This document shows, one piece after another, positions 10,518 through 19,507 of a stretch of DNA of 64,000 nt; position 1 is the stretch's first letter; every line of letters begins with the position of its first letter. The translations under genes and the position numbers were made by a program. The notes beneath the pieces were generated by a model, which searched no databases, was not told where the DNA came from, and saw only the letters and a list, made by a program, of their open reading frames with translations. This DNA comes from Burkholderiales bacterium (lineage in GTDB: Bacteria > Pseudomonadota > Gammaproteobacteria > Burkholderiales > SG8-39), in contig JBJXEY010000163.1 in the NCBI GenBank assembly GCA_046153355.1, positions 6,402-70,401 of the forward strand, given 5' to 3'.

Positions 10518-12122
10518 TCACTTAACGGTAGGGGGATTCTCAAAGGTATGGTAGGGCGCCGGCGTCGGCAAATGCGTCCAATCAAGTGTATCGGCGCCTT
10601 CCCATGGCTTTTGCGGAGATTTTTCGCCGGAGCGTATGCATTTCAACACGATGTACAGAAACAACAATTGTGACAAGCCGAATCCAAACGCCCCAATCGA
10701 AGAAATCTGATTGAATTCGGTAAATTGCGGGTTGTAATCCGGAATTCGGCGTGGCATGCCCGCCAGACCAAGGAAATGCTGCACGAAGAAGGTGACGTTG
10801 AAAAAAATCAACGATAGCCAAAAATGCCATTTACCCAGGGTTTCGTCATACATGTTTCCGGTCCACTTTGGCAGCCAGAAATAGACTCCCGCGAACGCCG
10901 AGAACAAGGCGCCCGCGACCATGACGTAATGGAAATGCGCAACTACGTAATAAGTATCATGCAAGGGCACATCGACCGGCGTCAGCGATAGGACCAAGCC
11001 AGTGAATCCACCCAAGGTAAATAAGAAAAGGAAACCCAGGGCAAATAACATTGGTGTCTCGAAACTCAGCGACCCGCGCCACATAGTCGCCACCCAGTTG
11101 AACACTTTCACACCCGTGGGCACCGCGATCAGCATGGTCGCGTACATGAAATACAGTTGGCCCGCCACTGGCATGCCCACCGTGTACATGTGATGCGCCC
11201 AAACAATAAACGACAAGATCGCGATCGAGGAGGTGGCATAAACCATCGAGGCATAGCCAAATAGGGGCTTGCGCGAAAATGCCGGGATCACCTGCGAGAC
11301 CACGCCGAAAGCCGGTATGGCAATGATGTACACCTCGGGGTGACCAAAGAACCAGAAAATGTGCTGGTACAACACCGGATCGCCACCACCCGCCGCGTTA
11401 AAAAAGGAGGTCCCAAAATGACGATCAGTAAGTGTCATCGTGACAGCGCCAGCGAATACCGGCATTACCGCGATCAACAAGTACGCGGTAATCAGCCAAG
11501 TCCAAACGAACATCGGCATTTTCATCAAGGTCATGCCGGGCGCGCGCATGTTGAGAATCGTCGTGATGATGTTGATGCCGCCCATAATCGAGCTCATGCC
11601 TAAAATATGCACGGCGAAAATAAGTAGATCCATGCCCGGACCCATTTGCGTGGTCAAGGGCGCATACAGCGTCCAGCCCACACCAGCGCCTCCGACCGCG
11701 AGCGATGACACCAACAGAATCGCCGCGACCGGCAGCAGCCAGAAACTCCAGTTATTCATGCGCGGGAACGCCATATCGGGCGCGCCGATCAACATGGGAA
11801 TTTGCCAATTGGCGAATCCGACGAATGCCGGCATGATCGCGCCGAACACCATGATCAGCCCGTGGTAGGTCGTCATCTGATTGAAAAACTCGGGATGAAC
11901 AATTTGAATGCCCGGCTGCCACAACTCGGCGCGGATCGTCAGCGCCATCGCCCCACCGGTCAAAAACATGATGAAACTAAACCACAAATACAAGGTGCCA
12001 ATATCCTTGTGGTTAGTTGTGGTTACCCAACGCATCAAGCCATAGGGATGACCGTGGTCGCCACCGTGGTCGCTGCCATGTTTGTCGTCTGCGTGGCCGT
12101 GGTTGTCGATGACTGCGCTCAT
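10518..12122 (-). CDS. ctaD: Cytochrome c oxidase subunit I
   Basis: 534-aa heme-copper oxidase subunit I (WFFGHPEVY, HHMY, VAHFHYV motifs). Confidence 0.97.
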   Translation of the reverse strand: MSAVIDNHGHADDKHGSDHGGDHGHPYGLMRWVTTTNHKDIGTLYLWFSFIMFLTGGAMALTIRAELWQPGIQIVHPEFFNQMTTYHGLIMVFGAIMPAFVGFANWQIPMLIGAPDMAFPRMNNWSFWLLPVAAILLVSSLAVGGAGVGWTLYAPLTTQMGPGMDLLIFAVHILGMSSIMGGINIITTILNMRAPGMTLMKMPMFVWTWLITAYLLIAVMPVFAGAVTMTLTDRHFGTSFFNAAGGGDPVLYQHIFWFFGHPEVYIIAIPAFGVVSQVIPAFSRKPLFGYASMVYATSSIAILSFIVWAHHMYTVGMPVAGQLYFMYATMLIAVPTGVKVFNWVATMWRGSLSFETPMLFALGFLFLFTLGGFTGLVLSLTPVDVPLHDTYYVVAHFHYVMVAGALFSAFAGVYFWLPKWTGNMYDETLGKWHFWLSLIFFNVTFFVQHFLGLAGMPRRIPDYNPQFTEFNQISSIGAFGFGLSQLLFLYIVLKCIRSGEKSPQKPWEGADTLDWTHLPTPAPYHTFENPPTVK

Positions 12123-12155
12123 TAGTTTCTCCTGATTTCCTGATTCAATGCGCCG

Positions 12156-13283
12156 CTATTTGCGGGCCGCCTTGATTTCCGAGGGCTGCACCACTTCTCC
12201 AGTGCTATTACCCCAGTGGTTACGCGTATAGGTGATCGCAGTAGCGATATCCGTATCGGACAGCTGCTTGCCAAAAGCCGCCATCGAGGTATTAGGCTTT
12301 CCGTTTAGCACCAGATCAATTTGCGCGCGCTTCGCGCCCTTGACGATTTTCGAACCATCAAGCGCCGGGAATGTGCCTTTTAGTCCTTGCCCATTGGCCA
12401 TATGACAAGCGACACAATTTGCGGCATAGACCTTTTCACCACGGCTCTTCGACTCGGCCAACTCCCATTTCTTATCCGGGTCATCGGCTGCCGCAGCCAT
12501 GGCTTTCTTGGTCTCCGCCACCCAAGCAGTGTATTTCTCCGCAGAAACCACCTCGACAACGATCGGCATAAAGCCATGATCCTTGCCGCACAACTCGGCG
12601 CATTGCCCGCGAAACACGCCTTCGCGTTCGGCGCGGAACCAGGTATCCCGAACGAACCCCGGAACGGCATCCTGCTTGACACCCAGATCGGGTACATACC
12701 AGGCATGAATCACATCGGCCGCAGTGGTTAAGATTCGAACCTTCTTGCCCACCGGTACAACCACGTGTCGGTCCGTTTCCAAAAGGTAATGCTCGCCTTT
12801 GGCTTCGGCGCCGTAGATCTGTTCGTATGGGGTGGATAGATTGGCCAGAAAGGCGACTCCTTCGCCCTCACCCTTCAAATAGTCGTAACCCCATTTCCAT
12901 TGATAACCCGTAGCCTTGATTGTCAGATCTGGGTTGGAGGAATCGCGGATTTCAAGCAAAGTTTTGGTTGCAGGGATCGCCATCGCGATAAGAATAAAAA
13001 ACGGCACGATCGTCCAGGCCAATTCAACACCTAGGTGTTCATGAAATTGCGCCGCTTTGTGACCGACCGATTTACGATGCGCATACACCGAATAAAACAT
13101 CACAGCGAATACGGCGCAAAAAATTACCGTGATGATCCACATCATCAGGTTGTGCAGATCGTAGATATCCTCTGTAAGACGCGTCGCGCCACGAGTGAAG
13201 TTCAATTGATAAGCCGCCGTCGCCACGCCCGAATAGAGTGCAGCTACAACCACGGCAAGCTTTTGCCCGAATTTGCTCTTCAT
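12156..13283 (-). CDS. ctaC: Cytochrome c oxidase subunit II with C-terminal cytochrome c domain
   Basis: CuA site (DVIHAW...CAELCGKDHGFM) plus CVACH heme-c motif in a C-terminal extension. Confidence 0.95.
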   Translation of the reverse strand: MKSKFGQKLAVVVAALYSGVATAAYQLNFTRGATRLTEDIYDLHNLMMWIITVIFCAVFAVMFYSVYAHRKSVGHKAAQFHEHLGVELAWTIVPFFILIAMAIPATKTLLEIRDSSNPDLTIKATGYQWKWGYDYLKGEGEGVAFLANLSTPYEQIYGAEAKGEHYLLETDRHVVVPVGKKVRILTTAADVIHAWYVPDLGVKQDAVPGFVRDTWFRAEREGVFRGQCAELCGKDHGFMPIVVEVVSAEKYTAWVAETKKAMAAAADDPDKKWELAESKSRGEKVYAANCVACHMANGQGLKGTFPALDGSKIVKGAKRAQIDLVLNGKPNTSMAAFGKQLSDTDIATAITYTRNHWGNSTGEVVQPSEIKAARK

Positions 13284-13296
13284 CGTTTCCTCACTA

Positions 13297-13581
13297 TTAC
13301 GCGCTGCCTGTCAACTTTGCCCGCAGAACGTCCACAAACCGGCAACGCCCTTGGGTATTAAATTTTCGTCCAATCTCTACCTGTTTTCCAAGCTTCTTGA
13401 TCAACAATTGGCTGCCGACCGGCCGCTCAACCAGTCTCGCCGGCACAGCAATTCGATAACTCGACTTCCCAAAACGCTGCGCGACTCCAAAATTCACCTT
13501 CCGTTTGCCAACGATATTTTCTCGATATGGCCTGAAGGTAAGGTTTTGCTCGGGTTCGGTTGCTGCAAATTGCAGGTTCAC
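13297..13581 (-). CDS. Hypothetical 94-aa ORF directly upstream of ctaC (doubtful)
   Basis: GTG-initiated, no convincing SD; stop lies 13 nt before the ctaC ATG. Contains an AbrB/MazE-like segment (YRIAVPARLVERPVGSQLLIKKLGKQVEI). No family recognised. Confidence 0.2.
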   Translation of the reverse strand: MNLQFAATEPEQNLTFRPYRENIVGKRKVNFGVAQRFGKSSYRIAVPARLVERPVGSQLLIKKLGKQVEIGRKFNTQGRCRFVDVLRAKLTGSA

Positions 13582-13744
13582 TGGCGCAGGTCACAGGCAC
13601 GTTGAAACGATTTGGCGTCCCTGGCGCGAAGTAAATTTTGCAACTGCGGGGAGCCTCTGAAAAACCTCGCTAAATTAACATATTGTCCCTACTCGATCAA
13701 GGTGAATCGATGGATTTTCCGTGGACAAAGCACGACAAAATCAG

Positions 13745-14683
13745 TCAAATTTTCTTCGGCCGTGTAGGTAACCATTGAATAGGTTCGTTTGCTCCATGCG
13801 ATTTTTTCGCACGCGATTTCGTGCCGATTTTCCAGGCATGGCCATAGACGATTTCGAAGGTGGCTTCAATTCGACCCGAGTCGCTCTGCTTCGGGTAGGC
13901 GGAGAGCATTCTGCTCCATGCTGCGCGACCGGTTAAGCCCCTAGCGCGATTTGCCATCACATTGATTTGTCCGCTACGCCTTTGATCATCGATCAATGTT
14001 TCGACATCGCCATAGGAATAAACGATCTTGTCCATATCCATGACCGGGTCGGCAAACCCTCGGGCGACCAACTGATCGCCCAGATCGTGCATGTCGGCGA
14101 ACTCGTGAACATGTGGCCGCTCGTCGCAATTATTGAATGCCTCCTTGAGTTCGCGAAGCGTATCGGGGCCGTAGGTGCTGAACATCAATAATCCGCCGTC
14201 CACGAGTACGCGATGACACTCACTGAATGCCGCGCCAATGTCCGTTGCCCACGCCAAAGAAAGATTCGACCAAATCATGTCAACGCTTGCATCGATCAAC
14301 GGTAGTGAGCTCAATTCGCCACAGATTGTCGGATCCGATTCCATGCCAAAGGACCGCCGAATTCGCGACAACAGGTTTTTATTGACTGCGGAAAGGTTCG
14401 CAATCCTCGGCGTCATGGCGATGGTCAACGTTTTGGCCGACGGGTAACGTCCTGCAAGTAGTCGCTTGCGCGCCGGAGCCAAACTCGCATCCAATATCCA
14501 CGATGGCTGAATCCGCAGGAAATTCAATCTTTCCGCCATTCTCGACGCAATTTCGTCGGCCAAATCACAGCGGAAATTTGCACGCCCCGCAGCCCTATCG
14601 AAGGCGCGCCTTGCCGAGCGCATCTCCAGCTTCGTCCCGGCTGGCCTGGCAATTTCCGCATCTGTATCGTTATTCGAGGTCAT
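13745..14683 (-). CDS. BioC-like class I methyltransferase-fold protein with degenerate SAM motif I
   Basis: By-eye alignment to BioC (…MIWSNLSLAWA…, RVLVDGGLLMFSTYGPDTLRELKEAF, DERPHVHEF), but the DxGCGxG loop reads DASLAPA. Confidence 0.6.
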   Translation of the reverse strand: MTSNNDTDAEIARPAGTKLEMRSARRAFDRAAGRANFRCDLADEIASRMAERLNFLRIQPSWILDASLAPARKRLLAGRYPSAKTLTIAMTPRIANLSAVNKNLLSRIRRSFGMESDPTICGELSSLPLIDASVDMIWSNLSLAWATDIGAAFSECHRVLVDGGLLMFSTYGPDTLRELKEAFNNCDERPHVHEFADMHDLGDQLVARGFADPVMDMDKIVYSYGDVETLIDDQRRSGQINVMANRARGLTGRAAWSRMLSAYPKQSDSGRIEATFEIVYGHAWKIGTKSRAKKSHGANEPIQWLPTRPKKI

Positions 14684-14781
14684 TACTACGCTTTTTGCTT
14701 GGCTAGTTCACGAATTTTCAATCCCACTTATACCATTGCAATTCGTGCCCAATCTTCCCGTGCGCCTCCCGGACGCCCGTT

Positions 14782-15591
14782 GTGGTCGGCGACTCGCCGG
14801 TTGTCGTCGCAAATCCCGCTCGCGCGTTAAGAGTACTGACGGGTTGGATCTGGGGAATTTTCATCGACAATCTTCTTACCTCGGTGCTTCGCAGCCTTTT
14901 CACTCAAGACTGCATGCTTTGTCGCGCCACAGGATTGGACGCTCCCGTCTGCGCCGCTTGCGTTGAGTTATTACCCTCTCTTGGCGAATCCTGCCCCATT
15001 TGCGCGCTACCCAGCCACGGAGGACGAAAATGCGGTCATTGTCTGAGAAGTCCGCCACATTTCGATGCCACATTGGCTACTTGGATCTACGCTTTCCCCA
15101 TCGATAAACTGATTCACGCGTTCAAATTTCAGCACCGCCTCGATCTCGCGCCCTGGTTCGCCACAGCCCTGGCCAAAAAACTAAGCCTGAGCGGGCCCCT
15201 GATTGTCGCGATGCCGCTGCATCGCTCGCGACTTGCCGAGCGAGGGTTCAATCAGGCGCTTGAAATTTCTCGGCACCTCGCCGCAGCCACTGGCGGGAAC
15301 CTGCTGCACGACATTGTCGATAGGCCTATTGCCGCGCAACTCCAAGCAGGCATGCGGCTTCGCGAGCGTGCCAAAAATGTACGCAATACATTTCGTTGCC
15401 TGGGGTCTCTGTCAGGGCAAAGTGTCGTGGTCATTGATGATGTAATGACCACCGGCGCGACCTTGAACGAGTTGGCCCGAATATTGAAGCTTGCAGGCGC
15501 ATGCAAGGTCACCAATCTGGTCGTCGCTCGAACTTTGCCCATGGAAGACTACCTTGTCGGCGCTACGCGACGGCAAGTGCAAACGCGGTAA
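14782..15591 (+). CDS. ComF family protein (phosphoribosyltransferase domain)
   Basis: N-terminal Cys-rich CxxC...CxxC region and PRTase motif VVVIDDVMTTGATLNE; start codon uncertain. Confidence 0.8.
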   Translation: MVGDSPVVVANPARALRVLTGWIWGIFIDNLLTSVLRSLFTQDCMLCRATGLDAPVCAACVELLPSLGESCPICALPSHGGRKCGHCLRSPPHFDATLATWIYAFPIDKLIHAFKFQHRLDLAPWFATALAKKLSLSGPLIVAMPLHRSRLAERGFNQALEISRHLAAATGGNLLHDIVDRPIAAQLQAGMRLRERAKNVRNTFRCLGSLSGQSVVVIDDVMTTGATLNELARILKLAGACKVTNLVVARTLPMEDYLVGATRRQVQTR

Positions 15592-15602
15592 GTGCCAATG
15601 AC

Positions 15603-15656
15603 TTGCAATTACGTGCGCCACTTGAGACGCTCTTGTTTCTCGCCGCGTAATTGCAA
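15603..15656. repeat. 11-bp perfect inverted repeat (long hairpin) between comF and trmL
   Basis: ttgcaattacg (15603-15613) / cgtaattgcaa (15646-15656), 32-nt spacer. Confidence 0.7.
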
Positions 15657-15717
15657 TTGGGTTTCATGAGTCCTTATTCGAGTTCGTGCATCCATATCCA
15701 AGAGGAAATTGCGTTCA

Positions 15718-16188
15718 ATGTTCAACATCGTCCTATATCAACCGGAAATTCCGCCCAACACCGGGAACATCATTCGCCTGGCCGCGAATGCAGGTTGTAA
15801 TTTGCACCTGGTTCGCCCCATGGGGTTCCAGCTAAACGACCGAGAACTCAGGCGTGCCGGGATGGATTACCGCGATCTCGCCAGTGTTACGGAACACAGC
15901 TGTTGGGATGAATGCACCAAAGCACTGTCGGAAATACGCATGTTCGCCTTCTCGACTCGATCAACGCTCCCCTACACCTGCGCGCAGTTTCTGCCAGGGG
16001 ATGCACTGTTATTCGGCCCGGAAACGCGCGGATTACCCATTGAAATTCTGCAAAACCTTCCGGAAGAGCGGCGCCTGCGCCTACCCATGCATTCGGGTAG
16101 CAGAAGTCTCAATCTGGCAAATGCCGTCGCCATCGGTGTGTACGAGGCATGGCGCCAAAATGGATTTAGGACCGACGCTACTCTCTAG
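15718..16188 (+). CDS. trmL: tRNA (cytidine/uridine34-2'-O)-methyltransferase TrmL
   Basis: SPOUT fold: MFNIVLYQPEIPPNTGNIIR, LLFGPETRGLP, RSLNLANAVAI. ATG 15718 preceded by agaggaa. Confidence 0.9.
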   Translation: MFNIVLYQPEIPPNTGNIIRLAANAGCNLHLVRPMGFQLNDRELRRAGMDYRDLASVTEHSCWDECTKALSEIRMFAFSTRSTLPYTCAQFLPGDALLFGPETRGLPIEILQNLPEERRLRLPMHSGSRSLNLANAVAIGVYEAWRQNGFRTDATL

Positions 16189-16221
16189 TCAGACTCGTCC
16201 TCGGCAATGGGCAGGTGAATC

Positions 16222-17205
16222 TCAGCATTCCAGCTTCGGGTCTCGCGCCAGTAGCTCGCTCAGTACGCTTTGCGCGCTTTTTCCTTCGAACAAGATTTCG
16301 CAAACGGCGTTGGTAATCGGCATGTCGACGCCTTTCTCGACCGCCATGCGCCGTACCGCGCGCGCCGAATGCACACCTTCGGCGACATGCCCCAATAGTT
16401 TGAGTATCGCTTCGATGCTGGTACCTTCGGCCAATTGAAGTCCAACGCGGCGATTCCGGGATAGATCACCGGTACAGGTCAGAATTAAATCACCCGCGCC
16501 GGCCAGGCCCATGAATGTCTCAGCCTGTCCGCCCATGCTCCGCCCCAAGCGCGCGATTTCCGCCAAACCACGCGTGATTAACGCCGCACGGGCATTCATC
16601 CCCAATTTCATGCCATCGCATATCCCCGTCGCGATGGCCATGACATTCTTCACTGCGGCGGCAATTTCAACGCCAATCACATCCTCGGCGTAATAAATAC
16701 GCAGTGTCTTCTGGTGCAAATTTGCTGCTGTGGTTCGCGCGAATTCAAGGTCTCGCGAGGCGAGAATCAACGCCGTCGGTTGGCCACGCGCCACTTCTTG
16801 GGCAAAACTCGGTCCAGACAGTACCGCGCATTGCAGCCCAGGCAGTTCGCTTGCAACGATTTCATGCGGCAGGCATGCGCTCTCGCCTTCGAAACCTTTG
16901 CAGGCCCAGATTAATGGGGCGACAGTGCCAAGAGAAGCCAACTTTCGGCAGGTTTCGCGTAGCGCCGAGGTTGGTGTAGCGATCAAAATCAATTGCGCCG
17001 CAGAAACCACCTGGCCCAAATCGCTCTCGATCTCAATGCCAGCGGGAAAGGCGCTATCGGGCAAGTAGCGCTGATTGCAGCGCGCTTTGCGCATGTCTTG
17101 GGCATGTATCGCGCTGCGAGTCCAAAGTCCCACAGCGTGTCGCTTCGACAGAGCAACCGCGAGCGCAGTTCCCCAGGCGCCCGCGCCAATGATGGCCATC
17201 CTCAT
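16222..17205 (-). CDS. gpsA: NAD(P)H-dependent glycerol-3-phosphate dehydrogenase
   Basis: IIGAGAWGTALA Rossmann motif, conserved KNV.AIA.G and GHVAEG motifs. Confidence 0.94.
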   Translation of the reverse strand: MRMAIIGAGAWGTALAVALSKRHAVGLWTRSAIHAQDMRKARCNQRYLPDSAFPAGIEIESDLGQVVSAAQLILIATPTSALRETCRKLASLGTVAPLIWACKGFEGESACLPHEIVASELPGLQCAVLSGPSFAQEVARGQPTALILASRDLEFARTTAANLHQKTLRIYYAEDVIGVEIAAAVKNVMAIATGICDGMKLGMNARAALITRGLAEIARLGRSMGGQAETFMGLAGAGDLILTCTGDLSRNRRVGLQLAEGTSIEAILKLLGHVAEGVHSARAVRRMAVEKGVDMPITNAVCEILFEGKSAQSVLSELLARDPKLEC

Positions 17206-17223
17206 GGCAAGAGCCTTAGCGGG

Positions 17224-17697
17224 CTACAGGCCCCACACATCCTTGATCCGCAAATATCCGCTCTGACCATCGCGGTGGCGCACCTTCGCCCACCCGTCGG
17301 TGCCGATCTCGGATAGTTCCAAGGCAACGCCTTGTTGCGCCCGAAAAACGGCGGTTGATCGCTCCGCGTTGGACTGGCGCACCTCTACTACGGGAACATT
17401 TACCACCACTGTGCGTCGGTCAGACAATAACTTTCGTTCCACCCAGGATAAATCGCCCGAGGGATCGCGCACCTTGGCCCAGTTATCGACAATCACCATT
17501 ACTTCGACGGGATAATCTTTAGACACCACAAACAACTTCTTCGCCTTGGGAGAAGGCGCGTCATACAACACCGTTCCATTTTCGGCCACCGACTTAAAGT
17601 CAGCGGCAATCGCGGAACACGCCGTCGCGGCAACGAATACCACCAGGGCAAGTGCTCCCTGGAATCCTGCCACGTTACCGCTGATCGTTATCATCAA
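17224..17697 (-). CDS. Secreted tandem SH3b-domain protein
   Basis: Signal peptide, two repeats ending W(A)KVR(D/H)..G..G(W/Y). Confidence 0.6.
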   Translation of the reverse strand: MMITISGNVAGFQGALALVVFVAATACSAIAADFKSVAENGTVLYDAPSPKAKKLFVVSKDYPVEVMVIVDNWAKVRDPSGDLSWVERKLLSDRRTVVVNVPVVEVRQSNAERSTAVFRAQQGVALELSEIGTDGWAKVRHRDGQSGYLRIKDVWGL

Positions 17698-17704
17698 AGC
17701 CCCC

Positions 17705-18157
17705 TCAATGCGCGATTTCGATTTTCGATTTCTGTTCTTCGGCCAAGCGCTGCTGATATATCGCGTCGAAATTAACCGGCGCTAACAACACGGGTGGAAA
17801 CCCGGCTCGATTGATCACATCCGAAATGGTCTCGCGAACGTAAGGAAACAACACATTCGGGCACACCGTCGCAACCAGCGGTTCAAGATCCTCCTGCGAT
17901 ACATTGCGAATTTGAAATATACCTGCCTGCGCCGCCTCCGCGAGAAACATGGTGCGCTCGCCGACCTTGGCGGTAATCGTGACGGTGACGGTGACTTCGT
18001 ACAAGCCCTCTTGAACCTGTATTACGCCCTGAGCCAGTTGCACTTCCACTTGCGGTTGTTCAGGTTGCATGAACACCTGCGGCGCATTGGGCACTTCGAC
18101 CGAGAGATCCTTCACATATATTTTTTCAATGCTAAATACCGGCTGTTCGTCACTCAC
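17705..18157 (-). CDS. secB: Protein-export chaperone SecB
   Basis: FSIEKIYVKDLSVEVPNAP..., LFPYVRETISD motifs; grxC-secB-gpsA synteny. Confidence 0.92.
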   Translation of the reverse strand: MSDEQPVFSIEKIYVKDLSVEVPNAPQVFMQPEQPQVEVQLAQGVIQVQEGLYEVTVTVTITAKVGERTMFLAEAAQAGIFQIRNVSQEDLEPLVATVCPNVLFPYVRETISDVINRAGFPPVLLAPVNFDAIYQQRLAEEQKSKIEIAH

Positions 18158-18292
18158 GGACCTGCTCCCTGATTAAAATTATTGTAGATCTGCGGTCAAG
18201 ACGCCCGACCTTGGTCAAAATCAAATACCTAACTCGGCACGATCACCGGCACACCAGAATAATCCTTTGAGGTGCCAAGCCGATGACGAAAG

Positions 18293-18559
18293 TTACGCCG
18301 AGGCCAGCAACGAATCGAGTTCCCCGCGCCGGTCCAGTTCGGCCATGTCGTCGAATCCGCCAACATGGGTATCGCCAATGTATATCTGAGGAACGGTGCG
18401 ACGCCCAGTTTTAGCGATCATTTCGTCTTTCAACGGCGGATCGAGATCTACTCGAAGCTTTTCGATTTCCGCGACTCCCTTGGCGCGCAACAATTGCTCA
18501 GCGCGGATGCAATAGGGGCACCATCCGGTCGCGTACATTTTTATTCGTGCCATGGTCAT
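18293..18559 (-). CDS. grxC: Glutaredoxin 3
   Basis: CPYC active site, TVPQIYI, GGFDD motifs. Confidence 0.92.
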   Translation of the reverse strand: MTMARIKMYATGWCPYCIRAEQLLRAKGVAEIEKLRVDLDPPLKDEMIAKTGRRTVPQIYIGDTHVGGFDDMAELDRRGELDSLLASA

Positions 18560-18589
18560 CGCACCGTGCCACCCAAAAATTTGCCTCTA

Positions 18590-18633
18590 GGAAACGCTGA
18601 TCGAGTCCCGCGCCCCACCCCACCAGCGTTTCC
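18590..18633. repeat. 10-bp perfect inverted repeat between rhodanese gene and grxC
   Basis: ggaaacgctg (18590-18599) / cagcgtttcc (18624-18633), 24-nt C-rich loop. Confidence 0.7.
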
Positions 18634-18719
18634 CTCTGAATTGGGGGGATACGAGGAGGCCTAGCCCCCTCGCCAAACGACTTCCTAACTCGCGTACATC
18701 TTCGAGCGCGACCTGCAAC

Positions 18720-19145
18720 TTAATCGTTTACAACCGGCAAACCCGCCTGGCGCCACGCTGCCAGGCCGCCGCTCAAGCTAACCGCATTTTCGTAACCCAG
18801 GCCGCGAAGCTTATTGGTCACCGAGCCGGCATCACGCCCCTGTTCGCAATAGACAATCAAAGATTTTTGCTTATTCTTGAGGAGCCCCTGGGCTTGCGAC
18901 TCTATCTGCGCTTCGGGCACATTGCGGGCATTCAAAATGTGGCCCTTGGCGAACTCCTCGGCGTTGCGAATATCGATCACAACCGCGTCCTTTTGGTTCA
19001 TCAACTGCGTCGCCTCTAGGGTGCTGACCAACGGACCGGAACCACCGCGACGCAACATCGGCCACAACAACATGCCACCGCTCAAAATCGCGATCAATAC
19101 CAAATAGATGTTGTCCTGGACAAATTTCCAGATATCGACACTCAT
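18720..19145 (-). CDS. Membrane-anchored rhodanese-domain protein (YibN-like)
   Basis: N-terminal TM helix, rhodanese active-site loop CEQGRDAG. Start ATG 19145 forms an ATGA overlap with the ArsR-family gene. Confidence 0.8.
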   Translation of the reverse strand: MSVDIWKFVQDNIYLVLIAILSGGMLLWPMLRRGGSGPLVSTLEATQLMNQKDAVVIDIRNAEEFAKGHILNARNVPEAQIESQAQGLLKNKQKSLIVYCEQGRDAGSVTNKLRGLGYENAVSLSGGLAAWRQAGLPVVND

Positions 19146-19474
19146 TGTTCTGCCTCGATTCCGCAAAAGACTTGGCGCATCATGGAAATCAATTGCAAGG
19201 TCCGTTTGTCGCTAACGGCGTAGAAAACCCGATTGGCATCCTTGCGCGTGCGCAATATGCCTTTCTCCCTCAGGATAGCCAAGTGCTGCGAAACGTTGCT
19301 CTGCGAAGTGCCGACAGCGTCCACGATATCCTGAACGTTGACCTCGTCGTCGCCCAGAACGCAAAGAATCTTCAGACGCAGCGGATGCGCGATGGCTTTC
19401 ATCGCGCGCGCCGCGAGTTCGATCTCTTCCTTGCGGCCAATTAGTTCGAAAATATCCTGGTGGAGCTGATTCAA
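19142..19474 (-). CDS. ArsR/SmtB family transcriptional regulator (two-Cys type)
   Basis: HPLRLKILCVL...VQDIVDAVGTSQSNVSQHLAILREKGIL wHTH. The 162-aa ORF is probably too long; TTG at 19474 would give 110 aa. Start uncertain. Confidence 0.7.
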   Translation of the reverse strand: MNQLHQDIFELIGRKEEIELAARAMKAIAHPLRLKILCVLGDDEVNVQDIVDAVGTSQSNVSQHLAILREKGILRTRKDANRVFYAVSDKRTLQLISMMRQVFCGIEAEQ

Positions 19475-19489
19475 GCTGGTCTCGAAGCG

Positions 19490-19507
19490 AATATCTAATC
19501 GGATATT
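19490..19507. promoter_or_regulatory. Candidate ArsR-type operator (6-6-6 inverted repeat)
   Basis: aatatc-taatcg-gatatt in the arsR/gpmA divergent region, 16 nt upstream of the proposed TTG start. Confidence 0.3.

Noticed and set aside
12728-12743. tRNA T-arm-like sequence ggttaagattcgaacc
   Set aside because: It lies inside the ctaC coding frame. No acceptor or anticodon stems can be drawn around it.
15854-16438. 194-aa plus-strand ORF spanning the trmL 3' half and the gpsA 3' end
   Set aside because: It is an alternative frame of two well supported genes on both strands and has no motifs.
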